Part shown: positions 8,907-17,092 of the stretch, piece by piece
Position numbering within the stretch: the stretch's first letter is position 1
How the letters are laid out: every line of letters begins with the position of its first letter
From: an uncultured Gammaproteobacteria bacterium
GTDB taxonomy: Bacteria > Pseudomonadota > Gammaproteobacteria > Steroidobacterales > Rariloculaceae
DNA length: 24,000 nucleotides
Reading direction: 5' to 3'
NCBI GenBank assembly: GCA_963713355.1
Contig: CAVQLK010000001.1
Span: 109,725 to 133,724, forward strand
Notes under the pieces: generated by a model
Databases searched by the model: none
Told to the model about the DNA's origin: nothing
What the model saw: only the letters and a program-made list of their open reading frames with translations
Made by a program: the position numbers and the translations under genes

Positions 8907-9344
8907 CTAGACCTGCAACCAGAACGTGACGGGCCCATCGTTCGTCAACGTGACCTGCATGTCGGCCCCGAAACGGCCGCACGCATGCGGTACGCCCGTG
9001 GCGGCAACGGCGGACACGAGGGCAGCGAACAAGCGCGCGCCGACGTCCGGCGGCGCGGCCCGCGAGAAGCTGGGGCGAAGCCCCCCGCTCGTATCGGCGG
9101 CCAGGGTGAACTGCGGCACGAGCAGCACCGCCCCGCCGACCTCGCGCACACAGCGATTCATCTTGCCGGCCGAATCGGCGAATACTCGGTAGGCTAGGAG
9201 CCGCGCAGCGAGCTTATCGGCATGTTCTTGCCCATCAGTACGCTCTATTCCCACCAAAACGAGCAGTCCTAGCCCAATTTTGGCGATTTCCGCGGCGTCT
9301 ACTGCGACTAACGCCCCACTTACTCGTTGAATTAGACCGATCAA
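8907..9344 (-). CDS. dtd: D-aminoacyl-tRNA (D-Tyr-tRNA) deacylase
   Basis: 145 aa: MIGLIQRV..., ...LVLVGI..., SQFTL-like VPQFTLAAD, and C-terminal [11 protein letters not shown]. Confidence 0.93.
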   Translation of the reverse strand: MIGLIQRVSGALVAVDAAEIAKIGLGLLVLVGIERTDGQEHADKLAARLLAYRVFADSAGKMNRCVREVGGAVLLVPQFTLAADTSGGLRPSFSRAAPPDVGARLFAALVSAVAATGVPHACGRFGADMQVTLTNDGPVTFWLQV

Positions 9345-9671
9345 GCTTGACTCCTCGAAACTCCCCAGTTTTCAGTGTCTTTTCCCCGAAAATACCATGC
9401 GCAATCATGCGACTCTGGCAAAAGTGGGATACGCTCCAGCGACCGGCAGCGCCGGTTCGCGTGACATAGGTTCCCCTCGTCAGATCCACTCGTCGCGCGA
9501 CTGGCCGCTAGACCCACACCCAGCGATCAGCCCGGCACATCGGCGGTATGCCGGCCGCCCGCGCTCCCGATGTCGTGCGCAACACCTCGTCGCAGTTGTG
9601 CCCCACCGCGAATCCTCGCTACCATCGCGGGGTTCCCATTCTGCATTCTGCGTTCAGGAGCCGAAACCACA

Positions 9672-10118
9672 ATGAGAAGGACCTTTTGGGTAGTTGCCCT
9701 GGGCGGATTGATGCTCGGCGGCAACGCATGGGGCCAAGAATGTTCCCTTTCCATCGACGGGAACGACCAGATTCAGTTCAGCAAGAAAGAGCTGCGCGTC
9801 AGCAAGAGCTGCAAAGAAGTGACGGTCACGCTGAAGCACGTCGGCCAACTCGCAGCGAACGTCATGGGGCACAACTGGGTGCTCACTGCCACGGCCGATT
9901 ACCAAGCAGTCGCCACGGCCGGACAAGCCGCCGGTCCTCCGAACTATGTTCCAGCCGGCGACGCCCGCGTCCTCGCTACGACCACCGTCATCGGTGGGGG
10001 TCAAGAAACGTCAGTGAAATTCGACCTTTCGAAGCTGACGCCCGGCGGCGATTACACGTATTTCTGCTCGTTTCCTGGCCATTTTGTGTTGATGAACGGC
10101 AAGCTGATCGTCGAATAA
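9672..10118 (+). CDS. azu: Azurin (blue copper protein) precursor
   Basis: The mature part [14 protein letters not shown]...SCK...NVMGHNWVL...[19 protein letters not shown] is collinear with P. aeruginosa azurin. The Cys3-Cys26 disulfide is present, as are Cu ligands His(GHNW), Cys, His and Met (C-x4-H-x3-M). The ATG at 9672 (codon 35 of tracked ORF 9570..10118) follows AGGAG at 9656-9660 and gives a 22-23 aa signal peptide. Confidence 0.93.
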   Translation: MRRTFWVVALGGLMLGGNAWGQECSLSIDGNDQIQFSKKELRVSKSCKEVTVTLKHVGQLAANVMGHNWVLTATADYQAVATAGQAAGPPNYVPAGDARVLATTTVIGGGQETSVKFDLSKLTPGGDYTYFCSFPGHFVLMNGKLIVE

Positions 10119-10120
10119 GC

Positions 10121-10136
10121 GCCCGCGATAGCGGGC
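10121..10136 (+). terminator. Weak hairpin after azu (possible attenuator or partial terminator)
   Basis: GCCCGC-GATA-GCGGGC is a 6-bp GC stem with a tetraloop, 3 nt after the azu stop. No clear T tract follows, so read-through into the oxidase operon is plausible. Confidence 0.2.
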
Positions 10137-10208
10137 CGAGCCGTTCTTCGCCACCTTGGGACCACGACGGCGGATCGTGCGCATAATGTTTTGGGGGGTG
10201 TTTTCGGT

Positions 10209-11696
10209 ATGGTGGCTCTTGCAGTCGTCCTCGTCCTGCTCGTCGTAGGCTCGCTGATTTTCCATTTCGCCAGCGGATCTCTGGGCTGGTATTTCACCCC
10301 GCTCGCTTCCAACTGGGACACGATCGACTTCACGGTCGACGTCACGTTCTGGGTTTGCGGCATCGTGTTCGTGGCCGTCAATCTGTTCACGGCCTACTGC
10401 GTCTTGAGGTTCCGTGCACGCCCCGGCAACAAGGCACATTACGAGCCGGAGAGCGCCAAGCTCGAGATCGCGCTGACGGCGTTCACGACGGTCGGCGTCG
10501 CGGCGATGCTGACGCCGGGGCTGTTCGTCTGGGCCGACTTCGTCCAGGTGCCCGATGACGCCGCCACCGTCGAGGCCGTCGGCAGGCAATGGCATTGGAG
10601 CTTCCGGCTGCCGGGCGCCGACAACGAGCTCGGCGCGAGCGAGGTGCGGCACATGAGCGTCGACAATCCGCTCGGCGTCGATCCCGAGGACGCGGCGGGG
10701 CAGGACGACATCATCATCGCGAGCCCGATCCTGCACCTCCCCGTTGATCAGTCGGTCCGGACCTTGTTGCGCTCGACAGACGTGTTGCATAACTTCACGG
10801 TGCCGCAATTCCGCGTGAAGATGGATCTCGTCCCCGGCCTCGTGACCTATCAATGGTTCACGCCGACCGTGCCCGGCACCTACGAAATTCTCTGCGAGGA
10901 GCTCTGCGGCACGGGGCACTTCGCGATGCGTGGCAAGGTCGTAGTGGATGAGCCGGCCGCATATCAGGCGTGGCTCGCGAATCAGCCGACGTTTGCGCAA
11001 ACGCAAGCCCAACCCGTCGGCAACGCGACTGCGGGCCAGGCCAACTATGCGGTCTGCTCGGCGTGCCATGGCATGCAGGGCGAAGGCAATCAGCAGCTCA
11101 ACGCGCCGAAGCTCGCAGGGCTCGACGCTTGGTATGCGCGCCGCCAGCTCGTGCACTATCAGACGGGCGTGCGCGGCACGGCGCCGGGCGATCAGTTTGG
11201 TCCGCAGATGGCGCCGATGGCGCAGCTCGTCGCGGATCCGGCAACGCGCGAGAATGTGCTGGCCTACATCGCTGCGCTGCCGAGCAATCCGCCGCCCGTC
11301 ACGGTGTCCGGCGGCGATGCCGAGCGCGGCCGGGACCTATATTTCACCTGCTCGACCTGCCACGGCAGTCAAGGGCAGGGCCGCTGGGGCACCAACGCAC
11401 CGCGACTGGCCGGCATGAACGACTGGTACCTCGAGCGGCAACTGCAGTACTTCAAGGATGGTGTGCGCGGCGGCCATCCGGACGACATCTACGGCGACCA
11501 GATGAACCTGGTCGCGAACGCGCTCGTCGGTGAGAACGCGATCAAGGACGTCGTCGCGTATATAACAATACGCTGCGCTGAAGAGGCAATACGCTGCGCT
11601 GAAGAGGCAATACGCTGCGGTAGTAGACGCGCGGAAATCGTACAAACATTAGTCGGCGGCGCAAGCTCGCCGGCTCCGTCGAAAGGAAGATCTGTC
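10209..11696 (+). CDS. coxB: Cytochrome c oxidase subunit II with two C-terminal c-type haem domains. There is no in-frame stop, and the true end is probably near 11563.
   Basis: Two N-terminal TM helices, and CuA ligands DVLHNF and CEELCGTGHFAM. These are followed by CSACHG and CSTCHG cytochrome c domains ending ...AIKDVVAYI. In the ORF track it forms the first part of ORF 10191..13442. The ATG at 10209 is preferred over the TTG at 10191. After about 11559 the codon usage turns non-coding. Confidence 0.85.
11566..11619. repeat. 21-bp direct tandem repeat, about 2.6 copies (CAATACGCTGCGCTGAAGAGG)
   Basis: Copy 1 is 11566-11586 and copy 2 is 11587-11607; these are identical. A partial copy spans 11608-11619. 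The repeat translates in-frame as IRCAEEA x2.6 and lies between the subunit II and subunit I coding regions. Confidence 0.95.
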
Positions 11697-13442
11697 ATGG
11701 CATACGTTGCAATCGCCGATCGTGACCATCACCTGCACGATCCCACGACGTTCATCGAGAAATACATCTGGAGCCAGGACCACAAGGTCATCGCCATCCA
11801 GTACGGCAGCGTCGCGATCGGAGTAGGCCTCGTCGCCCTTGCGCTGTCGCTTTTGATGCGGCTGCAGATCGGTTTCCCCGACACCTTCAGCTTCATCACG
11901 CCCTATAACTATTATCAGTTCGTGACCATGCACGGCATGATCATGGTCATCTACCTGCTCACGGCGTTGTTCCTCGGCGGGTTTGGCAACTACCTCATTC
12001 CCCTCATGTGCGGCGCCCGGGACATGGTGTTCCCGTACATGAATATGCTGAGCTTCTGGGTCTACCTGCTCTCGGTCATCATTCTGCTCGCAAGCTTCTT
12101 CGTCCCAGGCGGCCCGACGGGCGGCGGCTGGACGCTGTATCCGCCGCAAACGGTTCTCGAGGGCACGCCGGGCCACGACTGGGGCATCCTGCTGATGCTG
12201 CTGTCGCTAGCAACCTTCATCGTCGCGTTCACGATGGGCGGCCTCAACTACGTCACGACGGTGCTGCAGGCGCGCTGCCGCGGGATGACGCTGATGCGGA
12301 TGCCGCTGTCCGTGTGGGGCATCTTCGTCGCGACGATTCTCGGCCTCCTGGCGTTCCCGGCGCTGCTGGTCGCCGCCATCATGATGATTCTCGACCGCTC
12401 GATCGGCACGAGCTTCTTCATGCCCGCGATCATGTCGCTCGGCGAGATAGCGGAGACCGACGGCGGCAGCCCGGTGCTGTTCCAGCACTTGTTCTGGTTC
12501 TTCGGTCACCCCGAGGTGTACATCGTCGCGCTGCCGGCGTTCGGCATCGTGTCGGATCTCTTGAGCACGCATGCGCGCAAGAACATCTTCGGCTACCGGA
12601 TGATGGTCTGGGCCATCATTGCGATCGGGGCACTGTCGTTCATCGTGTGGGCGCACCACATGTACGTCAGCGGCATGAACCCGTACTTCGGGTTCTTCTT
12701 CGCGACGACGACGCTGATCATCGCGATTCCGACGGCGATCAAGGTCTACAACTGGGTGCTGACGCTGTGGCGCGGCGACATCCAGATCAACATCCCGAAC
12801 CTGTTCGCGATCGGCTTCATCTTCACGTTCGTGCACGGCGGCCTGACGGGCCTGTTCCTCGGCAACGTGACGGTCGACCTGCCGCTGTCGGATACCTACT
12901 TCGTGATCGGCCACTTCCACATGGTCATGGGCGTATCGCCCGTCATGGTGCTGTTCGGCGCGATCTACCACTGGTTCCCTAAGCTGTCGGGCAAGATGCC
13001 GAACGAACTCTTGGGCCGAGTGCACTTCTGGATGACGTTCCTCGGCACGTACGCGATCTACCTGCCGATGCACTACATCGGAATTCTCGGGATGCCGCGC
13101 CGGTACTACGCCTACGGCACGACGGACTTCATCCCGGAGTCGGCGCACGCCGTGAACGAGGCGATCACGATTGCCGCGATCGTCGTGGCCGTGGCGCAGC
13201 TGATATTCCTCATCAACGTGTTCTACAGCCTGCGCCACGGCAAGCAGGCGTCTGACAACCCGTGGGGCGCGACGACGCTCGAGTGGCAGACGCCGCAGAC
13301 GCCGCCCGTGCACGGCAACTGGGGGCCGAAGCTTCCCGTCGTCTATCGCTGGGCGTACGACTACAGCGTGCCCGGCGAGGAGAAGGACTTCATCCCGCAG
13401 AACGAGCCGCCGAAGGGGCACCACTCGCTCGCGAATAGCTAG
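11697..13442 (+). CDS. coxA: Cytochrome c oxidase subunit I (A1-type haem-copper oxidase)
   Basis: 581 aa from the ATG at 11697, which is preceded by AAGGAAG (11683-11689). Motifs: GGFGNYLIPLM, WFFGHPEVYIV (channel Glu, CuB His, cross-link Tyr), WAHHMY (CuB His pair), GHFHMVMG (haem His). Confidence 0.93.
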   Translation: MAYVAIADRDHHLHDPTTFIEKYIWSQDHKVIAIQYGSVAIGVGLVALALSLLMRLQIGFPDTFSFITPYNYYQFVTMHGMIMVIYLLTALFLGGFGNYLIPLMCGARDMVFPYMNMLSFWVYLLSVIILLASFFVPGGPTGGGWTLYPPQTVLEGTPGHDWGILLMLLSLATFIVAFTMGGLNYVTTVLQARCRGMTLMRMPLSVWGIFVATILGLLAFPALLVAAIMMILDRSIGTSFFMPAIMSLGEIAETDGGSPVLFQHLFWFFGHPEVYIVALPAFGIVSDLLSTHARKNIFGYRMMVWAIIAIGALSFIVWAHHMYVSGMNPYFGFFFATTTLIIAIPTAIKVYNWVLTLWRGDIQINIPNLFAIGFIFTFVHGGLTGLFLGNVTVDLPLSDTYFVIGHFHMVMGVSPVMVLFGAIYHWFPKLSGKMPNELLGRVHFWMTFLGTYAIYLPMHYIGILGMPRRYYAYGTTDFIPESAHAVNEAITIAAIVVAVAQLIFLINVFYSLRHGKQASDNPWGATTLEWQTPQTPPVHGNWGPKLPVVYRWAYDYSVPGEEKDFIPQNEPPKGHHSLANS

Positions 13443-13456
13443 CGAGCCGCGCGGCC

Positions 13457-14143
13457 ATGTTGAGCGCACTCCTCATCGCCATGCTGACGGCCATCACGGT
13501 ATGGTGGCTGCTGATCCAGCGGCTCAAAGACAAGCCATGGATGAAGCAGGGCGTCGTGCCGACGAGCCAGGAAACCATCACGTCGTCGGCGCCGAAGGTG
13601 GGCCTCTGGGTGTTCTTGGCCGTCGTCTCGAGCCTGTTCGGCCTGTTCGCGAGCGCCTACACGATGAGGATGACCGGGCACGGCGGGCTCGCGGTGTGGC
13701 AGGCGCTCGACGAGCCCAATTTGCTGTGGATCAACACGCTCGTGCTCGTGCTCGCGAGCGGCGCGATGCAGGTCGCGCGCAATCGCACCGATGCCGACGA
13801 TCTCGCCGGCGGGCGCTCGTACTTCCTCGTCGCGGGGCTACTCACGGTAGTGTTCCTGGCGGGGCAGGTGCTCGCCTGGCAGCAGGCGCGCGCGGGCGGC
13901 GCCGTCGGGCCGGGCAGCCCTGCGTACAGTTTCTTCGTGCTGCTGACGGCCGTGCACGGGCTGCACATGATCGGCGGCCTCTGGGTGCTCGGCCGGACGA
14001 CGGCGCGCATTTTCCGCGGCATCGACGCGACCAACGTCGTCGCGCGCAGCCGCATCCGGTTGAGCGTGCAGCTCTGCACGACCTATTGGCACTGGCTGCT
14101 CCTGATCTGGCTCGGCGTATTCGCATTGCTCTTGTCGACGTAA
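13457..14143 (+). CDS. Haem-copper oxidase subunit III family protein (CoxO-like, divergent)
   Basis: 228 aa with about 5 TM segments. VHGLHMIGG and the C-terminal YWHWLLLIWLGVF resemble the subunit III YWHFVD(V)VW motif. It lies directly after subunit I. Confidence 0.8.
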   Translation: MLSALLIAMLTAITVWWLLIQRLKDKPWMKQGVVPTSQETITSSAPKVGLWVFLAVVSSLFGLFASAYTMRMTGHGGLAVWQALDEPNLLWINTLVLVLASGAMQVARNRTDADDLAGGRSYFLVAGLLTVVFLAGQVLAWQQARAGGAVGPGSPAYSFFVLLTAVHGLHMIGGLWVLGRTTARIFRGIDATNVVARSRIRLSVQLCTTYWHWLLLIWLGVFALLLST

Positions 14144-14164
14144 CCCCAAGGAATCCTGTCCTTT

Positions 14165-14848
14165 ATGGCGCATTCGGAAACTGCAACTGCCGGCTCGAAC
14201 GAGCCGGGCTGGCAAACGATCGTCACCGATTGGTCCGCAGACAAGCAGACGTTCCAGGTTCCCTGGGGCAAAGCGATGATGTGGATCTTCCTGCTGAGCG
14301 ACACGTTCATCTTCACGTGCTTCCTCACGGGCTACATGAACGTGCGGATCTCCACGGCCGTGCCGTGGCCGAATCCGAGCGAGGTGTTCGCGCTCGACGT
14401 GTTCGGCGTCAGTGTGCCGCTGCTCCTCATCGGCATCATGACCTTCGACCTGATCACCAGCAGCGGCACGATGGCGCTCGCCGTGAACTACGGTTATCGC
14501 CGCGACCGCGGCCGCGCCGCCGCCTTGATGTTCATCACGGCGGCCATCGGCGCGATCTTCGTCGGCATGCAGGCGTTCGAGTGGACGAAGCTGATCGTCG
14601 AGGAAGGCATTCGCCCATGGGGCAACCCGATGGGCGCATCGCAGTTCGGCGCTGCGTTCTTCATGATCACGGGGTTCCACGGCCTGCACGTGTCGGCCGG
14701 TGTGATCTATTTGACCATCGTCGCGATGAAGGTCCTGCGCGGCGACTACGAGAAGAAAGGCTACGAGATCGTCGAGATCGTCGGCCTGTACTGGCACTTC
14801 GTCGACCTGGTCTGGGTGTTCATCTTCGCGTTTTTCTATCTCTGGTAG
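14165..14848 (+). CDS. Cytochrome c oxidase subunit III (CoxP/CoxC-like)
   Basis: 227 aa: FFMITGFHGLHVSAGVIYL and YWHFVDLVWVFIFAFFYLW are canonical subunit III motifs. An AAGGA RBS precedes the start. Confidence 0.9.
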   Translation: MAHSETATAGSNEPGWQTIVTDWSADKQTFQVPWGKAMMWIFLLSDTFIFTCFLTGYMNVRISTAVPWPNPSEVFALDVFGVSVPLLLIGIMTFDLITSSGTMALAVNYGYRRDRGRAAALMFITAAIGAIFVGMQAFEWTKLIVEEGIRPWGNPMGASQFGAAFFMITGFHGLHVSAGVIYLTIVAMKVLRGDYEKKGYEIVEIVGLYWHFVDLVWVFIFAFFYLW

Positions 14849-14858
14849 GGAGCTCTCG

Positions 14859-15212
14859 ATGGCCGACGCACACGCAACCGGGCAAACGCATCCGCTGAAG
14901 ATCTACTTCGTGATCTGGGGATTGCTGTTCCTACTCAGCGCGTTCTCGTACGCGACGGACTTCCTCGAGCACGGCTACTTTCGATGGGCACTCATTTTGC
15001 TGTTCATGTTCCTCAAGGCCGGGTTCATCGTCGCGATCTTCATGCACATGGCCTGGGAGCGCTTGGCTCTGATCTGGGCGATCTTGGGCCCGCCGATCGT
15101 CTTGCTCGTGCTGATCGGCCTGATGGCCGTCGAAGGCGACTACACGGAGCTCACGCGGCTCGACTTCTTCTCCGAGCCGATCGCGCCGGTCGGGCACGCT
15201 GCAGAGCATTGA
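14859..15212 (+). CDS. Prokaryotic cytochrome c oxidase subunit IV family protein
   Basis: 117 aa with 3 TM segments. The N-terminal HPLKIYFVIWGLLFLLSAFSY pattern is typical of the bacterial COX4-type small subunit. The gene is operonic. Confidence 0.8.
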   Translation: MADAHATGQTHPLKIYFVIWGLLFLLSAFSYATDFLEHGYFRWALILLFMFLKAGFIVAIFMHMAWERLALIWAILGPPIVLLVLIGLMAVEGDYTELTRLDFFSEPIAPVGHAAEH

Positions 15213-15243
15213 GCAGCAAGCCTAGGCGAAGAGGGCGCACGCG

Positions 15244-15561
15244 ATGTTGGGGTGGTTGATTGGCGTGGCAGTCTTCGTGCTGCTTTGGGGCGCGCTGTGG
15301 CGGTCGAGCCCAAAAGCGGCCTACGGAGCCGTCTGGGGCTTTCTGCTGGCGCTGATCGTCTACTGGCTTTTCTCGGGACAACTCACAACGTATGTCACAG
15401 GTATGAACGAAATTCCCATTTGGCTTCCGCCGTTACCGTTCGCGATCGTCGTGATCGCGCTGTTCTACTTCGGCATCAAGACGTGGCTCAACGCCGACAA
15501 TTTGCCTCCGCCGCGCGAGCCGGCCGGCGACGAAAGCGATCACGGTCACGGCCACCACTGA
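15244..15561 (+). CDS. Small 3-TM membrane protein with a C-terminal His-rich tail (DESDHGHGHH); function unknown
   Basis: 105 aa, with GAAGAGGG upstream of the ATG. Third codon positions are mostly G/C. It is the last gene of the oxidase operon, and I recognise no family. Confidence 0.6.
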   Translation: MLGWLIGVAVFVLLWGALWRSSPKAAYGAVWGFLLALIVYWLFSGQLTTYVTGMNEIPIWLPPLPFAIVVIALFYFGIKTWLNADNLPPPREPAGDESDHGHGHH

Positions 15562-15570
15562 GCACGGCGG

Positions 15571-15987
15571 TCAGTCGGTGCTTTCTTGTTGCGGCGGTGC
15601 GGCCCGCCGCAGACGTTTGCTGAATACCCGCATTTCCTTCGCGGCCTGCAGATCGCCGCGCCGCTCGGCAACCACGACGCCACGCTCGTAAGCGGCCAGT
15701 GCATCCGCGTTGCGCCCGGCTGCCGTCAATGCCCGGCCAAGCGCCTTCCACGCCGCCGAATACTCGGGATCCAGGCGAACGGCGGCTTCCGCATGCCGCG
15801 CTGCGGATGGCGCATCGCCGGCATCGAGGTAACGTGCCGCGAGCGCGAGCCGCAGCGCGGCACCGTCGGCCTTGACAAGCAAGGCTTCGAGATTCGCGAT
15901 GAGATCGTGGGCCATCCTGGGCTCAATCGTACGCCGCTGCGGCTCGATCTGCGGCGTTTCGAGCAAGAACGGCGGCGTTGCAGTCAT
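15571..15987 (-). CDS. Small TPR-repeat protein
   Basis: This is the C-terminal 138 codons of tracked ORF 15571..17376. A TPR-like Ala-rich helical repeat is present (ALAARYLDAGDAPSAARHAEAAVRLDPEYSAAWKALGRALTAAGRNADALAAYERG). The start is ATG 15987 or ATG 15915. The rest of the 601-aa ORF is antisense shadow. Confidence 0.65.
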   Translation of the reverse strand: MTATPPFLLETPQIEPQRRTIEPRMAHDLIANLEALLVKADGAALRLALAARYLDAGDAPSAARHAEAAVRLDPEYSAAWKALGRALTAAGRNADALAAYERGVVVAERRGDLQAAKEMRVFSKRLRRAAPPQQESTD

Positions 15988-16050
15988 TTGGCGCGGCTCG
16001 GCCCGCGCGCATAGTGCGCAGCCTCGTCGAAACGAAAACGGAGCACGACC

Positions 16051-17082
16051 ATGCGCGAAACGGGATTGCGATTGCCACAGCAGGACGGCGGCTGGTTCTT
16101 GACCGATGCCGGCCTCGAGACGGTGTTGATCTTTCAAGAGGGTATCGCGCTGCCGGAGTTCGCGGCCTTCGTGCTGCTCGAGTCCAAGGAGGGCCGCGCG
16201 AGCTTGCGCCGCTACTTCCGACGCTACCTCGAGCTGGCGGCCCAAAGGCCGGAGGCCGGCTTCATCCTCGAGAGCCCGACTTGGCGCGCGGGCGGCGACT
16301 GGGGCGCAAAGCTCGGTTTCGACGCTGCCGCCATGCAGCGCATCAACCGCGACGCGATCGCGCTGATGCGTGACCTCAAGTCCGAATACGGGTCGCGCGT
16401 CGCGCAGCCGATCGTCGTCAGCGGCTGCGTGGGGCCGCGCGGCGACGGTTACGTCGCCGGCGCGCCGATGGCGCCCGGCGATGCGCAGCGCGTGCATCGG
16501 CTGCAGGTCGAGGCGCTGGCCATCGCGGGCGCAGACATGATCACCGCCGTCACCATGACGACGAGTGCCGAAGCGATCGGCGTCGCCCGCGCCGCCGCGG
16601 AAGCCGGCCGTCCATCGGCCATCTCGTTTACCGTCGAAACCGACGGGCGGCTGCCGAGCGGCGAATCGATCGCGAGCGCGATCGACGCCGTCGATGCGGA
16701 CGCCGCCGAAGCGGGCCGCACGGCGCCGGCCTACTTCATGTTGAATTGTGCGCACCCCTCGCACTTCGCGCACACGCTCGCCGCGCTCGGTGATCGCTGC
16801 GCGCGGCTGCGCGGGCTGCGAGCCAACGCATCGCGCCGCAGCCATGCGGAGCTCGATGCTGCGACCGAGCTCGACGCCGGCAACCCGCAGGAGCTCGGCG
16901 CGGACTACGCGCGTCTCAAAGCCGCCTGGCCGTCCTTGACCGTGATAGGCGGCTGCTGCGGCACGGACCATCGGCACGTCGAGGCGATGGCGGCCGCGCT
17001 GGTCCCGGAATCCGAAGTCGGCGCCTGCCGCCACCATGGCGCCGTTCGCGTCGAACGGCTCGGCGGCGAACGGCGGTGGTAA
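16051..17082 (+). CDS. Homocysteine S-methyltransferase family protein
   Basis: 343 aa: N-terminal LTDAGLETVL, Zn-ligand Cys in LNCAHP, and the GGCCGT Cys pair near the C-terminus. Confidence 0.85.
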   Translation: MRETGLRLPQQDGGWFLTDAGLETVLIFQEGIALPEFAAFVLLESKEGRASLRRYFRRYLELAAQRPEAGFILESPTWRAGGDWGAKLGFDAAAMQRINRDAIALMRDLKSEYGSRVAQPIVVSGCVGPRGDGYVAGAPMAPGDAQRVHRLQVEALAIAGADMITAVTMTTSAEAIGVARAAAEAGRPSAISFTVETDGRLPSGESIASAIDAVDADAAEAGRTAPAYFMLNCAHPSHFAHTLAALGDRCARLRGLRANASRRSHAELDAATELDAGNPQELGADYARLKAAWPSLTVIGGCCGTDHRHVEAMAAALVPESEVGACRHHGAVRVERLGGERRW

Positions 17083-17092
17083 CCTCGCGGGC

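Noticed and set aside
9341-9352. The palindrome TCAAGCTTGA at the dtd start as an FNR/ANR box for azu
   Set aside because: The half-site arrangement is ATCAA-GC-TTGAC, the reverse of TTGAT-N4-ATCAA, and it overlaps the dtd start codon about 320 bp from azu.
9397-9675. Small ORFs in the dtd-azu spacer (9397..9675 +, 9235..9489 -)
   Set aside because: They have no RBS, poor codon usage and no recognisable motifs, and they overlap the real dtd and azu ends.
9672-9740. The MRRTFW N-terminus of azurin as a twin-arginine (Tat) signal, given that tatABC lies 1 kb away
   Set aside because: The RR sits directly after the initiator Met with no extended n-region. The signal is only about 22 residues, which is Sec-like in length. 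Azurins are classically Sec substrates, and the proximity of tatABC is probably coincidental.
11566-11619. The 21-bp repeat as a mini CRISPR array
   Set aside because: The copies are directly abutting with no spacers, there are only about 2.6 copies, the unit is not palindromic, and no cas genes are present.
10191-13442. Accepting the 1083-aa ORF at face value as a functional CoxII-CoxI fusion protein
   Set aside because: The two halves have opposite membrane sidedness and the 45-residue linker has no TM segment. The linker's codon usage is non-coding, and subunit I has its own RBS and ATG. The fusion is kept as a hypothesis in the findings, not as the preferred call.
10011-13469. Long minus-strand ORFs 10011..11156 (381 aa) and 12207..13469 (420 aa)
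   Set aside because: They are antisense to coxB and coxA and have Arg/Asp/His-rich nonsense composition, so they are shadow ORFs.
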